In this document: positions 42,722 through 58,678 of the stretch, one piece after another
Position numbering within the stretch: the stretch's first letter is position 1
Layout of the letters: each line of letters begins with the position of its first letter
Assembly (NCBI GenBank): GCA_044892525.1
Contig: CM097885.1
Coordinates: forward strand, 17,238,001 to 17,302,000
Length of the DNA stretch: 64,000 bases
Direction: 5' to 3'
From: Schmidtea polychroa
Lineage: Eukaryota
The notes under the pieces: model-generated
What the model saw: the letters and a program-made list of their open reading frames with translations, nothing else
Database searches by the model: none
What the model was told of the DNA's origin: nothing
Translations under genes and position numbers: made by a program

Positions 42722-43656
42722 TGTTGAGGATACCTAAATAAACAATTTATAAATAAATAAATAAAATTACCTGGGGCAAGATCACCATGACGACCTATGG
42801 GAACTCAGAAAAAAAAACGGAAGTAAAAAGAAATTAAAAATGAGAAAGATAAAGGAAAAAAAAGGAAACAAACATGAAAATAAAAGCTAAGGTCAATACT
42901 AATTAATTAGTACTAAAAGGAAAAGGAATTTTGAAATCAGGGAAAAAGGAAAACAACAATATTCTTATCTTGACAGCCTGCCAGTGATAACTTTATTGCT
43001 GGGAGAAGGCGGTCAAACAAAAAAGGGAAAAGGGAAAAGGGAAAATATCTCGACATCTGTCAGAGATAAGGCTGACATAGCGGGGAACGCAGAAGAAAAT
43101 GGAAATAGGAAAACAAAATCTGTCGCCAGTGCCATAAACAAAACAACTATATAAAGGAAAACTGGCGGACAAGAAATCAGAACAAAATTAGAACAAAAAG
43201 TAGAACGAAAACAGAACGAAATTGAGTACAAAAAGAAACGAAATTAGAGACAAAAAGTATAGGAAAATTAGAGAAGAAAAGAGTTAAAAAGGAGAATCAA
43301 AACAGAGTGAAAAGGGAAGGGACGAGAATCTTTTATAAAATTGAATATAAAGTAAAAGTAGAGTAAATAAATCGTGTGTTCAAAGCAAATAGAACAATCG
43401 ATCAACGTATCCTGTAATTGAGTAGTTGACGGATAGTGATTATTGTTGTGGTTACAGAAAGGGCTATTCTTCACATTCGAAATAAGCTCTGTGTGATAAA
43501 TTGGTTTATAGTTAATTGATTGTAATTGAAATTTGTACAATTCCGTGTGAATATTAATAAAGCTTATTGCGTTCGAGAGTGTTGAATTGTGAATTAATAA
43601 ACACGCTTTGGAGTCAGAGTAACATTTAAATTTATCACCAACTCAATAACCCAACA
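42722..43656 (+). mobile_element. Solo LTR (935 bp)
   Basis: TGTTGAG...AACCCAACA termini; 4-bp TSD GTAT; 3' end resembles that of the 8027-13145 LTR. Confidence 0.75.
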
Positions 43657-45607
43657 GTATGTAAATAAGAATCATAAAATCCCTAATTAATTTGATTATG
43701 GTCCTTCGTATGTAAATTCGACCAATAATCATTCTTAATCTTTTATATTATTAATTATTTATTTTATTTATTATTCTTTTATTTTCGAGTTAGCAGATTT
43801 TTCAAATGCGTTATTTCTCTCTTAACTGTGTTGGTGATTGCAACTTCTTGCGTTCCTCAATTTTATTATACATGTTTTATTTATTCTGGCTGTGTTGTGT
43901 ACTTTACTTTGTGTTATTTGGTGCATAATCATAGATTTTAATTCGACTTGGTGCGGTTTTTATTTCCGACTCATTAAAACAAACTCTCAATTTTTTTGGC
44001 TCTAGTCCAAAAACTCTTTTAAAAGGAAGTGACTATCATGAAAAATATAGTCAAGATTTTGAAAATGATAATTATAGTACAAGTTATACGCAGTCAATAA
44101 TTAGAAACATGGGTTACCTTAATAAGAATGTTAATTGTAAAATCATTATGTCTTACTTCCATTCTTTACATTCGTATGGCTCCTGACTTTGATCTTAATC
44201 AAAGTCAATTACCAATATAAAGAAATTTAAGACTTGATATTAATCAATTTCTGTAATAGTCTATGAAGTTTTTGGCAAAGAGATTCAAATTACATCCAAT
44301 CTTATAAAATTATGTAATGCCATACCCCGGGTGCCCATATAAATATTACATAATACAGTATATTTAGTTTGGTTTATAATCCTCACTTGTCACTACTATG
44401 GTATTTTGTTTTTCTTCTTTTAGTTATTTTTGACTAAATCTATTTTACTTAAAATTGTCAAATAGAGATGACGCCATTATTCAATTCGTATACTGTATAA
44501 GGAACTAAAACTTAGGAATAATCGGCATTTAACCTCAGGTAGGGACGAAAAACACGACAGTAAAAAGGAAAAATTATTAAAATTAGAAAATAGAATTAAC
44601 GGAAGAGAAAAGAAAAAGATCAAGTTATTATTGCAGAACGTACAGAACTAAAGCGGTCAAATCTAGACTTATCAAATAGTCAAAAGATTGTAAGTAGATT
44701 GTACGAATTCGAATACAAATATACGTTGAGTATTGTTAGACTAATTGCTTTTATAGAGCACGTGGAGTCAGAAACACCGACTTTAATATTTATTAAATTG
44801 AAAACTCAACAAAATAATTGTCTCAATTCTTGTCTGTTTAGATTTAGTCAAATTAGCAAAATATATAAATAATTCAGTAAAGGTTAGAACGAAAAAAGCA
44901 CCACTTAGTCATTAAAGCAGGGGTCGGCAACCTTTTAGTACTGGAGTGCCATTTTTCATTATTTTCTTATTTTTTTATTCTTCGCGTGCCGAGAAGCGAC
45001 AACTACATAATTTAAAATGATAGGTACAAAAACACTTCTGGATGGAATATTCAAATTTAATCTAAAAAAAAATTATAATATTTACATTTTAATATACAAA
45101 TATTTCATATCAACAAATCATCTTCTAGAGTAGGAGAATGTGTCACCACTGGCACACTAGCCCCCCCCCGGGTGGTGGGGGGCTAAACGAAATATTTTTT
45201 TCAAGGTCAAATTTTAAATAAAGACATATGACTCATCAAGGTCAAATTTTAAATAAAGACATATGACTCATCAAGGTCATTGAAACAAAGGCCATGACTC
45301 ATCCGATGACTCACCAAGGTAATTAGAACAAAGTCCATGACTCATCAAGTTCATGGGATGACTCATCAAGGTCATATTTTAAAGGTCAAGGTCATATTTT
45401 TAGGGTCAAGGTCATATATTTAAGGTCAAACCTTCACCAAAGGGTATCATTCGAAATGTATTTGAGAGGTCTATCTAATGGTTATACCCTCGAAGGTGAA
45501 TGGTGGGTCCTCGGCCTTCACAGGGTCAAAAAACTTCGAATTTTTTCAAACTTTATAATATATTTATATCAGTCGAAAGGCATTTGAGAGGTAAGTAAGA
45601 TGGCCAT

Positions 45608-48600
45608 TAGGGTGGGTCGAATGTTAATAAATTGTGAGTTCAAGAAAGGAAACATGGTTAAAAAGTTGTATTTTGGTATAGAAAAATCGAATCAAACCAT
45701 TTTACTTAGATTTATGGACATTTACTGCTCCCAACTTTTCTCCGAAAATGCAGTTCAACATAAGTGTGAAAACAATGTAATTTGGCTAGTGTCGGAATGT
45801 GTTTTGCGCCTTTGTCCATATTTAGATGTAGCTTTCTTAAGAGCTTATAAGTATATTATTTACTCTCTTGGGCTGAGATAGTATATTCTGTGTCCTCATC
45901 CCGCATTGAAATATATCCTGACAACGTCAGTGATTAGGAAGGGCCAAATTTGAATTATCCTTTTCAAAGACAAAAATCAACTTTCGAAATTATTTTTTAT
46001 TAAAAACATCCAGCCAAAAGTTTAGAAATGTATTAGCGAGGGCATAAAAAGAAGTCACATGAAATCAGCTTTGCTTTGCACCTTGGGCAATTCCTTCCTT
46101 GAATTTTTACACAGTAGTACCATACCATGTCTGGACTTGTGACCAAACACTTTGCAACTGGCAGAAGAAACATCTTTGATGGCTCTTTCAACGGCTTGAG
46201 AATAACAGGGAAATTGTTCTAATGTAATTTTCTTATTCATCTTCAATTCATGATCCAATATATGAGATAAATGAGGGGGAGGCGTCAAATTACATTTTGT
46301 CCAGTCAATCATGTCAACATATGATGTAGCAGACGACTGAAGAAAGACAGTATTCTTGTCCATAGTGCGAATCACTTCGGAAGGGAGAAAATTTTGTCTT
46401 GCAGTTATGATTTTTTCTGTTGCAAACTTTCTGATTTCTTCATCATCATCACCAACAGCAGCTAGGAGTATATTTTCTGGATGTGAGAAGTAATTGTTGT
46501 TCTGAATGACAGGAAAGATGATTTCTTGGTCTGATGGATCCAAATCCTGCAGAAGTTGGAGCATATAAAAAATATTTCTTGCACCATCTTGGCATGACGA
46601 GTGAGTCTTTATATAAAACCATGACGGTCCATAGAAATTGACAATAAATTTCACTATTCGCATGAGAGGTTCAGATGGAGCAGTTTCGGACATATATAGT
46701 CGCAGAATTCTATTAGCTTTCGTTAGTCAGCGACTGTGATTCAAATTTCCTGGTTGTGCCATTTGTAGAAAAGGGACATCCTTGTTGTTGTGGTACCCTT
46801 TCTGGACTGCCAATCATACTCTGAGGAAATACAATTCATCAGTGTTCAATTCTTTCTTGACATTTTCACTAATATCTACGACCTTTCCAGGAAGGGACAT
46901 AAAGGCTACTACGGGCTTGTCTTTTGGATCAAAATCAAGAACGCTTCCTATTTCACCACATGACGTTTTTGGACCTTTTGTTTCTCCACCATCGACGACT
47001 GAAAAATAGTTCCTGAATGGCAATTCATTTGCATGCAACAAGCATATCAGCCATTGTAGAGGTCGCCCTAGGCTTTTTTCGAGTCTTCTGATTATTCCAT
47101 TATTTTTTCCGGTGTTTGTATTGGTTCCATCGCACACAATTGCTTGTAGGGTCAGTGAGGACTGCGTGCTAACGATGATTGACATGATTTCTTTGCCAAT
47201 ATCCACAGCTTTACTACTTTGAGGTACAACATGATCGATATATGTATCCCCTGGAAAGGCGACAATCACATAATGCTCCTCTTTTAGGATCCTTCTATGA
47301 AGTAAGGTGGAATCTTGTTTCCCGTCAAAACCGAGGCAAATCAAGTTTTTCGCTTCTGCTGAATGCTGTTCAATTTCTCTCTCCCTCCAGTACTTTCTCT
47401 GACGCCGTAATTTTGCGGGATCGATGATTGTTTGAGAGGATAACAGTTCCATATCTTTCAGAAAAGCGTTTACTAGCAAACACGTGTCTCTGTTGCTCAC
47501 ACCACATCTGTCAACAGCTTTACTTAATTCAGGATAATGTCTTCTATTTTGAAATTCATCACATTCTTCTACGCTTGACTCTGAGCTTTCTGTTGAATTG
47601 TCTAACTTATCTTTACTTTCATCACTAGCGGCTTCACTCTCCGTGTCACTTCTTGAGGTCGGATGTAGATCGTTAACTTCAGTGTCCATTATTTCATTTT
47701 TCATTTGTTTTCCTTTTCCTGTAGGGCTGCTTTTCGTTTGTTTTCTCTTCAATTTTGAGGTTTCCTGTCTGTCCGTATTTCCGATTTTCATGTTTCTGGT
47801 AGTTTGTTGGTCAATCCAGAACTCCCACTCTAAGGTAGGAATTTTCAAGGCCAATCGGCATGTACACTGACTTCTTCCACGAGCACCATCATTAAAACAT
47901 TTGCAGCAACATATGTCAAACAATTTGGAAAACGAGCTTAACTTATCTTGAAATTTGGCAGATGACCTCTTGCATTCTGGATACTTCTCTAATTCACGCA
48001 CTTTTGATATTAGTCGCTTGACACGAACCACAATACTACTGAACTCAACAGTTGGGATACTTGCCTTCATATAAATTTCCTTCACCTTATTTGCGAGAAG
48101 AGTTGCTTGTTCGTTAAAGCCAGTATGAAATTGCGTACATTTCTCATTGTAACAGTAATCACGAAACACATCTTCACAAGTAGGTAATTGGTTTCTGGGT
48201 AGTTCACAAGTTTGACCAAACAGACAATGACGTGATTTACTTCTTGTTTTGCGAAATTGTTTATTTCTCTGTCCCTTCATAACTGCTCTTCTGTACTCAG
48301 CTCTGGCAAAATAAAAGTGAATCATCAAGTTAACTTTTTTAATTAGGTCCAGCAAACACTTGACATCCAATCGAAACAAATTAAATTATCTGAGTTTAGA
48401 CTGACTAGTAGTATCCATGTGGATTATGTGTTGACTGTAGTGTGTGTTAGTATTGTTCAGAAGAAATTGTCTTTGTGAGTGCTTGTGTGAAGGTGCTTCC
48501 GTGAATTAACCTCTCTATACATGCACGCGTTAGCTTGGACTTGTGAATAGAGCATGTCAAAAATGGTCTTTCTGCAAGCGTGTGACTGCTTGCAGGATGA

Positions 48601-48776
48601 ATTTACAATGGCACGTGTGCGAGCATTTTTACTGGGATAGTACTAATACATACAAACAAAAGTTGGGACCTGTAAACCCTTTTAAACAGCAGTCTTTTGC
48701 AGGGATATTTCATTTTCTAGCATAAGCACAACTTTTTAGGCATGTTTGGAGAAAAAAAAATTTTCGACCCACCCTA
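45608..48776 (-). mobile_element. hATx/hATm-group transposon inserted in the left TIR of Polinton A; transposase about 48280-46055 with two in-frame TGA stops
   Basis: TIR TAGGGTGGGTCGAA at both ends; 8-bp TSD ATGGCCAT; FDGKQD, CDGTNTNTG, CLLHANEL, FPCYSQAVER. Confidence 0.93.
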
Positions 48777-49183
48777 ATGGCCATACCCTTGAAGGTGTAT
48801 GGTGGGTCCTCAACCTTCAAAGGGTAAAAAACCTTCGAATTTTTTCAAACTTTATATTATATATATATATATATAATTTTTTGTCTTAATTATCGAATCT
48901 CTGATTATGTAATAATAATAATATGTTTTGCTTTAATTATCGAATTCGTAATAATTTAATTTTGTTTAAATTGTTAATTATATAATAATATTTTTATTTT
49001 TTGTCTTAATTATCGAATGCGTAATAATTTAATTTTGTTTAAATCGTTGATTATATAATATTTTGTTTTGTTTTAATTATCAATTACATAATAATTTAAT
49101 TTATCATTATTATTGGGAAAGATATTAACGCCCGCGTGGAAGACGTTATTTTCAAATTATTATTGTTATTTTCAAGGTTTTAA

Positions 49184-49288
<105 letters not shown>

Positions 49289-49614
49289 CTCCTAGTCTAT
49301 CCGACAAAATAATTTGTCCCCTTATGGGTACTGCTCACACTCAACAGGTTGCAAGGGTACTAGTCATGCTTATTATTATTGTTATGATGTTACTTAGACA
49401 TTTGAAGGTTCAACCATGGTTACAATTTCTACATTTTGAAAACGCTAATTTGATTGGCTATCTCAATTTTTATAAATGTAAAAACAAAAGTAATTTAGTT
49501 ATTAAGAAATTTATTTATTACTGATAATTTCTACAAGTATGAATATGAATGTGTAAATCACAAAACACATTTGGTAACTTTATTATTTTGTCAATATATA
49601 CATGCCATTTATAG

Positions 49615-50169
49615 CAAGGAAATCCTACTAGAAATAAGGAAAAATTAAGTCCAACCTATTCCGAAGATAAGTGTTCATTGAAATTTTTTAACAACACAGT
49701 TGAAGATTTTATAAATAATCATGATACTTACAGTGATAAGCAAATCATAAATATTTTAAAAATTTTCAAACATTCCTCTATTGAATATTTGATTGATTTA
49801 TTTAATTATGATAAATGCATTTTGAAGTTATCTAGTTATTTAATGTATTTAGAAAAAACAGTGGTAAACAATGATTCACTGAATGAATACTTTTGGAGAT
49901 GTATGTATTTAAGGTTGAAACCGGGATATAGTAGATTGATTTATGAATGGGTAGCAAAAGTCTATTTGATTGAAAATAAGCTAACGGAAAAACTGAACGA
50001 TGTTAAGAAAAGGTATTTAACTTGTTCAATTTGCAAAGAAAATCAAGTTTCGGTTTTGTATTTACCGTGTGGTCACGTAATTGTTTGTTCTAAGTGTCAC
50101 GAGAAGAATGTTCACAATTGTCAAGCCTGTTCAACACTGATTAATGAATATCATACTATATACATGTAA
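49615..50169 (+). CDS. IAP-type C3HC4 RING-finger protein (last exon; upstream exons likely at about 49380-49573)
   Basis: CSICKENQVSVLYLPCGHVIVCSKCHEKNVHNCQAC...IYM* at the extreme C-terminus; the frame is open from the acceptor TTTATAG at 49614. Confidence 0.8.
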   Translation, partial: QGNPTRNKEKLSPTYSEDKCSLKFFNNTVEDFINNHDTYSDKQIINILKIFKHSSIEYLIDLFNYDKCILKLSSYLMYLEKTVVNNDSLNEYFWRCMYLRLKPGYSRLIYEWVAKVYLIENKLTEKLNDVKKRYLTCSICKENQVSVLYLPCGHVIVCSKCHEKNVHNCQACSTLINEYHTIYM

Positions 50170-51733
50170 GTTCTCAATACAAATCAATACAATATCAAAG
50201 TCAAATGAATTATTACCATACATAATGACGGTACTATAATGTAGAAAATTTTCAAACATTGAATAATATGAAATCATCTTGGTAATTAAATATATTGGGC
50301 GCAACTACCAAATGTTGATGATATGATGGATGGTTTGGTATTTATAATATCATTTTTAGATTATTCAGAATGAAATATACCCATGAGTTCATCAAAATGG
50401 GAAAAAGATCTTCACAAGAACCATGAAGATACTGGAAAAGCCGAAGAAACCCTAACCAATATTTTAAAGTTGACATTATGTGTTACAGTAGTATTGGTTA
50501 TTATTGTTTCGTAAATGGTTTAATTTGTTTTTATAAATTTATTGTTTTATTTTAATACTTCTTGATTAAAACATATTCATTATTAATTCATTTTGTTTAA
50601 TTTTTTAGATAGTGTTATTTATATATATGGAAATTTACAATTATATATATACAATAATATATTATATACAATTATTATAAATCATAATGATGATTTTCTT
50701 CTGTCCATTGATTCTCCTCTGATATTACTGCCATAATCATCTTCGACAAAATACAAAGATAATATTTCTAGTGACTTTGTTAATCATGCCAAAGTCTTTG
50801 TTAATTATGCACTTGTATTGCAAATTTATTAGTCATACAATTATATTATTTTTTCATGCCCTGACATAATATTATTATTTATTATTATTATGATTATTTT
50901 ATTTAACAATACCATATAGCAAATTTTTAGGCAATTTAGTGAAAAGTACATGGTTATTTTAAATATAGCGATTTCTTAAGTAAACTATTTCCAGATAAAT
51001 TTACCAATTTACTTAGAAATCCATGGTTTTTGGCTGTACCATTTAATTAAAATATTTTAGGATTCATAACAAATATTTTGATGTAGTTGATACTAATACC
51101 AATTATTTCAATTATTTAACTAGAAACATAACAGAATTCTTAGGTAATATAATATTTTTGTGTATTTTTTAGTTAATTTATAAAAAGAATAATATTGTTA
51201 ATTTTATCTCTGTGTTATTAAAATTATCTTTCGACTTTACCCTTCTTACCATTTTAGAATAAGATTTTTATCAAAATTTGTGATAATTTGACTGATTCAA
51301 TTTGATGGAGTTATTATTAATTCGTTTTATTATATATACTCTGAGTTTATCCGACAACATATTTTCTCCCTCTATGGGTACTGCTTGTAAGGGTATTGAT
51401 CGTAAGGGTACTGGTGGGTTTTAATGATTTATTGAGTCAAATATTTGGTTATTATTTGGTATTAAATTCATTGGTAAATTTTTAGAGTTAGCGGGATTTT
51501 ACTAACATTATTACTAACATGTTTTGTGAATAATTGAAAGAATATTTAAAAATTTAAGGTTTTAGTGTTAATTCTAAGACAAATTTAATTAATTTCTTGA
51601 TAATTTGCTATATTTTATTGACTTGTTTTTAATTTTAAATAACAATTATTTTTAATGACAGTTAGGTTAATAATTAGAGTTTTTACAATAATCAATTAAT
51701 CAATTGAAAATATTTTGTCGGATAGACTAGGAG

Positions 51734-53720
<1,987 letters not shown>

Positions 53721-54626
53721 AAATAATAAATCCCATGGGCGCGTCATTGTCTTTGTTCTGAAAATGATAAGTAATTGTATTTGTTCAAAAAATAAATGAG
53801 TCATCCATGAGTACTTTTTTATTACCGTTTGTTTGATATGTATATTATAAGGTTTGAAAAATTTAAACCTTGGATCCTTGGACTCTTTGACCTTCAAACT
53901 TGGACCATCATACTCATCTTTGAATTACCTTTTGTTTGATTTGTATATTATAAGGTTTCTAATTTTTGAACCTTGGGCCCTTCGACCCTTGGACCTTCGT
54001 ACTCACCTTTGAATTACCTTTTATTTGATATGTATATTATGAGGTTTTAAAAAATTTGAACCTTGGACCCTTTCGAGGGTATGACCTTCAAGGGTATGAC
54101 CATCATACTCACCTTTGTATTACCTTTTATTTGACATGTATATATCTACATGTATAATTTTTAAAGGTTTTGGACCCTTTGAAGGTTTGAAGGTTCAGGA
54201 CCATTCATAAACCTTTGAAAGTATGACCATGATACTTACATCTCGACCTTGACCCTAAAAATATGACCTTGACCTTAAAAATATGACATTGACCTTAAAA
54301 ATATGACCTTGACCTTTAAAAATATGACCTTTACCTTAAAAATATGACCTTGACGAGTCATCACATGACCTTGATGAGTCATGGTCTTTGTTTTAATGAC
54401 CTTGACGAGTCAGCCAATGACCTTGATGAGTCATATGTCTTTGTTTAAAATTTGACATTTAAAAAATTTTTCGTTTACCCCCCTCCCTTCGGGGGGTAGT
54501 GTGCCAGTGGTGACATATCCCACTACTTTCTAATCATCTAGTCTAGTGTGATCCTTGGCCTTGCTAGGCTTTGCTTAGCTTTGGGATATCAGGAACGTAT
54601 TTTGAGACTTTATAATTCACACACAG

Positions 54627-54809
<183 letters not shown>

Positions 54810-55051
54810 CCTTTTAATAACTAAATTGTTCACAACAATAAAAACTTTGACTATTTCACAATAAAATAGTCTAAAGAATACTTTACAATAAAAACGTAAA
54901 ATGGAAATGATAAAAGTGAGAACTAAAACAATAATTATATTAAATAAATTTTATTTTAATTCAAAATTCATTCAAGTACATATTGATGTTCCCTTTCATA
55001 TGGAAAGTGTGGGTGACCATAATAATCATCTGGGAAATGTTGATGAACATA

Positions 55052-56273
55052 TCAATTATTATCTTCGTCCGGATCATTAACCTCAGCATTGTTACTATTA
55101 CCCATAACCCTGTTAACTATTTTATAATGACCATAGGCTAAACTTTCATTTTTATTTACCCAATGCCTCTTATCATCATTATTTGTTAGGGCTAAATTTA
55201 TATTTTTTATTGTAAATAACTGATGATTTTTACTTACTATTCGAGATTGTGGTACTGAAATCATTGAATTATTATGATAAAAATCAAGGTACGATTGATG
55301 TTTTAATTCGGTACCCTTCAATGTTATTCCCTTAGCCTTGTTGCTCTCTTTATCACCCAAAAGGCTATAGCATTTAGGCCTTAAGAACACCCATTCCTTA
55401 TATCTACTCCCTTTATTTTCATCTTTGAATTTACCAATGACGGAATCAAAAGCTCTTGAATATAATTCATGAGATGAATCATAATTCGATGTATCCAGCA
55501 TGTTATCTCGTAAAAGCACATCTAATTTGCATCCTTTAACCTCTAAAAATAAGGAATCAGTGTCACCTGCAATAATATTGATTTCGCAGCTAAAATCATC
55601 TCGATATTCGAACTTTCGATCTATGTATGATGTCAACATAATGATGTTTTAATACTTCAGAATTATTTAAAATATCCACTAAAGCATCCTCATCGTATGC
55701 AAGAACATTAATCGAAAGCCCCGGATTTTTATCTTCAAATTTAGTTATATTACAGAAACGCATCGGTAAGTCAGAAGGATCAAAGACTAGATCAGACCGA
55801 TTATAATTACTTATTCGATTTCTATGATTACTATCAACGTCATCGTATTTCAAAATAGCTAAAATGCTATAGATGAAACACAAATCATCCGTATTGTTGA
55901 TATTTATTACGCAATGTTTATTTAATAATGATTTAGGAGTTGGAAGAGAACCCCTCCCACTCAATCTATTTATTTGAGAAAATTTTGTAATAACAAAATG
56001 TATTTCTTTTATTTTATTAATAATCCAATTACTTCCATTTTTATTAATTAAAGTAATTTTCTCATTAAGAATAGCAATACCTTCATCTAAAAAGGTATCA
56101 CTCATGGGTCTTGCAGAATTTGAAATAACGAAAGATTGAAATTCTCCGTCTTTTTCAAATTCCCCTTCGATACAAAATTGAATCTTTACAGAACCCATTT
56201 CTCTGGTAACATTATTAAATTTATTAATTAAGGGCGTGGGTACGGTTAAAGAATTTAAATTTTCAACCATCAA
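55052..56273 (-). pseudogene. Protein-primed DNA polymerase B with a large internal deletion
   Basis: N-terminal VININNTDDLCFIYSILA..KFEDKNPGLSINV joined almost directly to GDTDSLF, LDTSNY, GKFKDE, LRPKCYS, KAKGI, DDKR; exonuclease motifs and polymerase motifs A and B are absent. Confidence 0.9.
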
Positions 56274-56438
56274 AATGATTTGTTAAACAGAATCTAATTG
56301 ATCAACTCGATTTTTAAAATTAATATATATACTGAGTGCATAAAATTATTATATTTAATGATGCAACAATATAAAAGTAATTTTATTATCATTATCTAGT
56401 ATTGCTTAATCATTATTCTAGAAACTTCAGTGAAAAAG

Positions 56439-56895
56439 ATGGAGAAACAAGTAAATTCAGATATAATCAAGTTAATTCTTGAGGAAAATTCAACATCGAT
56501 TGATAATCTTATTAGAAAATCTCCTGTTCAGTTCCTACAATATTCTATGGAATATTTAAAATATCCAATAACTTAATCATTTAAAGTAAATATATTTATA
56601 TAGTTTAATTAAATTTTTATTAGGAACCTGTAACTTTGAAACAGAGTTTATATAATATACAAGTAGGTAAAATTGGAGATATCGATAGAAAAAATATTTT
56701 AGGATTATTGTTGGCTATCAATAAAAATATTCAATTCAATGAAAACTTTACATGTATGAATTGTGATAAAGATTATGCTTTAGAAAATTTTAAAAATGAA
56801 AATGAAAATGATAAAAATTCAAATTCAGAGTTTTAAAGATGGAAAAGAAACAATCAGACCTATATGGAAAATAATTGATACTAATATATTATAAT
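56439..56895 (+). pseudogene. Polinton accessory gene of unknown function, spliced and frameshifted
   Basis: ATG 56439 MEKQVNSDIIKLILEE..., intron-like GTAAAT..TATTAG (~56586-56623), then EPVTLKQSLYNIQ..CMNC. Confidence 0.4.
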
Positions 56896-56899
56896 TCTT

Positions 56900-57120
56900 T
56901 ATTTGTTTCTGTTTCACATAAACTGCGAGCCAATGCTCTCTCTTGAGATTACAAGATTGAGTATTTACAATTAAAGCCTTGTTTACATCAATATATGGTA
57001 TTTTATCTAATGGAAAAACTCCAAGAAAAACTCCGAACAATTTTCGACCTATGTATTCAATCTGAATAGAACTTATTATCAATAAATTAAAGTAATTAAA
57101 AATAAAATTCTTACTTCATT
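56900..57120 (-). pseudogene. Adenain-like cysteine protease, truncated
   Basis: FLGVFPLDKIP..LIVNTQSCNLKREHWLAVY (catalytic His motif); the Cys-containing half is missing. Confidence 0.85.
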
Positions 57121-57129
57121 TTTAATAAT

Positions 57130-58280
57130 TATTGTGTCCTAATTTGGTTTATAGTTCAAGCTAATCATTTTCAAACTTTATTTACACTAGTACTGTATGA
57201 TTGGATGTAATTTGAATCTCTTTTTCAAAAACTCCATAGACTATTACAGAAATTGATTCAGTTAGAGGTGTTCCAAATTATCCATAATATCAAGTCTTAT
57301 ATTTCCTTGCTGTGGTAATTGACTTTGATTAAGATCAAAGTCAGGAGCCAATACAAATGTAAAGAATAGATACTTTTTTTTAAAGTCAGACATACTAATT
57401 CCACAATTAATATTCTTATTAAGGTAACCATTTTTCTAATTATTGACTGCGTATAACTTGTACTATAATTATCATTTTCAAAATCTTGACTATTTTTCAC
57501 GATAGTCGCTTCCTTTCAATAAAGTTATTGATTTTACATTATTATGGTCGTAAATTGAATAAGAATTTGTTAGTGATCCATTATTTCTTTTATTTCTTTG
57601 AAATGTTACAAGAATAAAATTTGGTAATCGCCGATCACCAAAGATTTGTTCCTTATAAAAAGAAGAAGATCCAGTAGGTAACGAAAATTCAACAACTTCC
57701 TTGCTTCTCAAAGGATAAATTGCATTTCTTGAAGCAAGTCCAATTTGATGACACTAACACCAGGTAATAAATATTTTGGTTGATCCATAAAATCAAATTG
57801 TATTGGTGAACATAATGAAAATGGTTTAGATTTTGCAATCCACGTTTTTCTTATATTATCATCTTCAATGTACTCCATACCTTCTAAATATGTACGTTTT
57901 GTATCATGATTGTAATTTAATATGGTTTCGATTAATGCTTTATGAGCAAATGTATCATTTCCTCCTTCAACTTTAATAGAATTAAAAATTAATTCAGCTT
58001 CTTTAAAAAGAGTTTGGAAAAAGAAATTGTTTGCAGTTACAACAGAATCATCAGAAATATTTTCACCTACATTATTTACAACTTTCAACTGAAGATAAAG
58101 TAAAGTATCATTCAAATCTAAATATTCGGTTTGAGATCCGTTAATGTAAAATTGAATTGAAGAGGTACCAGTATCAGTAATTGAATTCGTCGGATAAATA
58201 TCTTCAAATGAACCATGTTCAATTACTACTTGAGGTCATGGTCTATCAAAAATACATAATTCAGATTTTGCGCTAATCAT
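57130..58280 (-). pseudogene. Polinton major capsid protein (double jelly-roll), frameshifted
   Basis: MISAKSELCIFD.., YLDLNDTLLYLQLKV, NNFFFQTLF, QPKYLLPGV, RLPNFILVTF; position between penton/core genes and protease. Confidence 0.85.
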
Positions 58281-58678
58281 TTTTCGAATATAGTTCCAAA
58301 GACTTTCATTCTTTTGTTTATATGCTTCTTTAAAGTTTTTCTGCGTTTAATCATTCCACCTTTTTGTTCATTCTCTTGTTTATTAAAAACATCAGATACT
58401 TTATTAATTACAGTAGGCAAATGTTGAATTACATCAGCTAGTGATTCTTTAATTTCAGATAAAACATTTGATTTTAAATCAGGTAGAATTTTGGAATTGT
58501 TATTTATTACATAATTGGCAGTTTTCATACCAAAATTCCCTATGCGTCTAAGATTTGGTAAAGCAAATCGACCTATTGTTTTTAACCAACGTGTTCCATA
58601 TTGTTTACCAACAAAATATGGTAAATCTCCACCAGATTGACTATTACTATAAAAGTTTACAATATCATGATTATTCAT
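58277..58678 (-). CDS. Polinton small core/membrane-active protein with QxGG motifs
   Basis: YSNSQSGGDLPYFVGKQYG..WLKTIGRFALP amphipathic segment; EQKGGM and a basic tail; lies just upstream of the MCP. Confidence 0.7.
   Translation of the reverse strand: MNNHDIVNFYSNSQSGGDLPYFVGKQYGTRWLKTIGRFALPNLRRIGNFGMKTANYVINNNSKILPDLKSNVLSEIKESLADVIQHLPTVINKVSDVFNKQENEQKGGMIKRRKTLKKHINKRMKVFGTIFEK

Larger units (their letters stand above)
38183..44012 (-). mobile_element. Solo LTR of the TGTTGGGCTAGA family (~1.5 kb net), hosting a hAT and another solo LTR
   Basis: The minus strand starts TTTTGGACTAGAGCC and ends CCAACA; TSD ACTT/ACTC; removal rejoins the Polinton capsid fragment (SITLLKGSDY). Confidence 0.6.
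37582..44397 (+). mobile_element. Internally deleted Polinton B-family fragment (core-protein ORF, capsid pieces, terminal repeat), split by a solo LTR
   Basis: 37582-38182 and 44013-44310 are close inverted copies of parts of 57200-58570; ends ...CCTCACTTGTCACTACT at 44397, like 63657. Confidence 0.85.
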
